From the NCBI GenBank assembly GCA_040954595.2, contig CM082577.2:15755903-15819902 (forward strand): 64,000 nt of DNA, given 5' to 3'. A program made the position numbers and the translations under genes. The notes under the pieces were generated by a model. That model ran no database searches. It had not been told where the DNA came from and saw only the letters and a list, made by a program, of their open reading frames with translations. The stretch comes from Balanoglossus misakiensis. Taxonomy: Eukaryota; Animalia; Hemichordata. The stretch's first letter is position 1. Every line of letters starts with the position of its first letter. Shown one piece after another: positions 63,157-64,000 of this stretch.

Positions 63157-64000
63157 GTAAGTATGCACATCTCTGTGTGGAGCAATAAACGTGGATGTAT
63201 GTGTTGTGGTGGGTGAAGTGATGTGGAATAATGTGCTAAGTGTACAGATGTCACGCAATGGAAGTTTAGGAGAAGAGTAGTAATAGGTGGTGTAGGCCTA
63301 AAGGACATCGTTTTTAGGAAAGGATAGGTAGTATTCAGCATGGACAAAGTCGTAGTCGTGGTGTAGTGTGGGCGGGCGAATAATACAGCAAATCAGGTTA
63401 TGGGAACGGGTGTGTTTATTTCAGCCTAATGGGACCCGTGTGTTAAGTCGTTGCGTTTTATAAGTTTAGTCATGTAGATAAGTAAGAGAGAGATTAGGAA
63501 AGGTGGAGCGTGAAGTTTGATGACGTTGTTTGATGTAGGCCTATTACGAAGATTGTAACCCTGCGTACACGTGTGTGTGTGTTCGCGACATTACACGCCG
63601 GGAGCTCACAAAACTGTATGCAGATGTAGAGCAATTGATGCGAGTGTTGGACTTTATTCGCTTGAGGATGTTTTTTTTGTACTAAGTTGGGTATCTAGTT
63701 TTGTGTACAAGAGTGTGTGTTGCCGAAGTTTCAGGGAGGGAACAGGTTTGCCAGGTTGTACACTATGATACAAATGTGGTGCGTGTATGTGGGGATGGGG
63801 ACTGCTGTTGTTGTTGTGTGTTTTTTATATATATTGTGGGGAAATCTTTTGCTGTGTGGTTCCATCTTGAAAAGTGTTTGTTACACCTAGTTTTATTTCA
63901 TTTGAGTGTTAAAGATTCATTTGTCATAAAATAACCATTTTATCCAAATCAAGAAATTATATTTTGGCTATGGTTTTCTGTAATTAATGATTCATTAATG

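Overview
Eukaryotic, AT-rich animal DNA (probably a marine invertebrate; this is inference). The window is almost entirely nested mobile DNA, with no confidently identifiable host housekeeping gene. In order: (1) 1-14960 is a head-to-tail array of ~1.4-1.5 kb Helentron-type non-autonomous elements (HINE-like), one unit interrupted by a 4.66 kb TIR element whose right end is triplicated. (2) A spliced THAP-Kolobok transposase pseudogene whose introns carry a hammerhead-ribozyme hairpin, a perfect 38-bp palindrome and an antisense copy of one of its own exons. (3) L2-type and RAG1/Transib/Chapaev-like fragments. (4) A Crypton tyrosine-recombinase DNA transposon. (5) A structurally complete split-direct-repeat (PAT-like, DIRS order) YR retrotransposon with open RT-RH-MT and YR frames, inserted precisely into the RNase H of a relative; it appears to express RT and YR by alternative splicing from one leader exon. 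(6) A pogo/Tigger element with an intact spliced transposase plus a divergent HIRAN-domain passenger gene. (7) A THAP-ISL2EU transposase with a divergent unknown spliced gene. (8) KolX/P2X7-like, Gypsy-PHD and RPA-like OB-fold fragments. All calls are by eye from motifs; no database searches were run.
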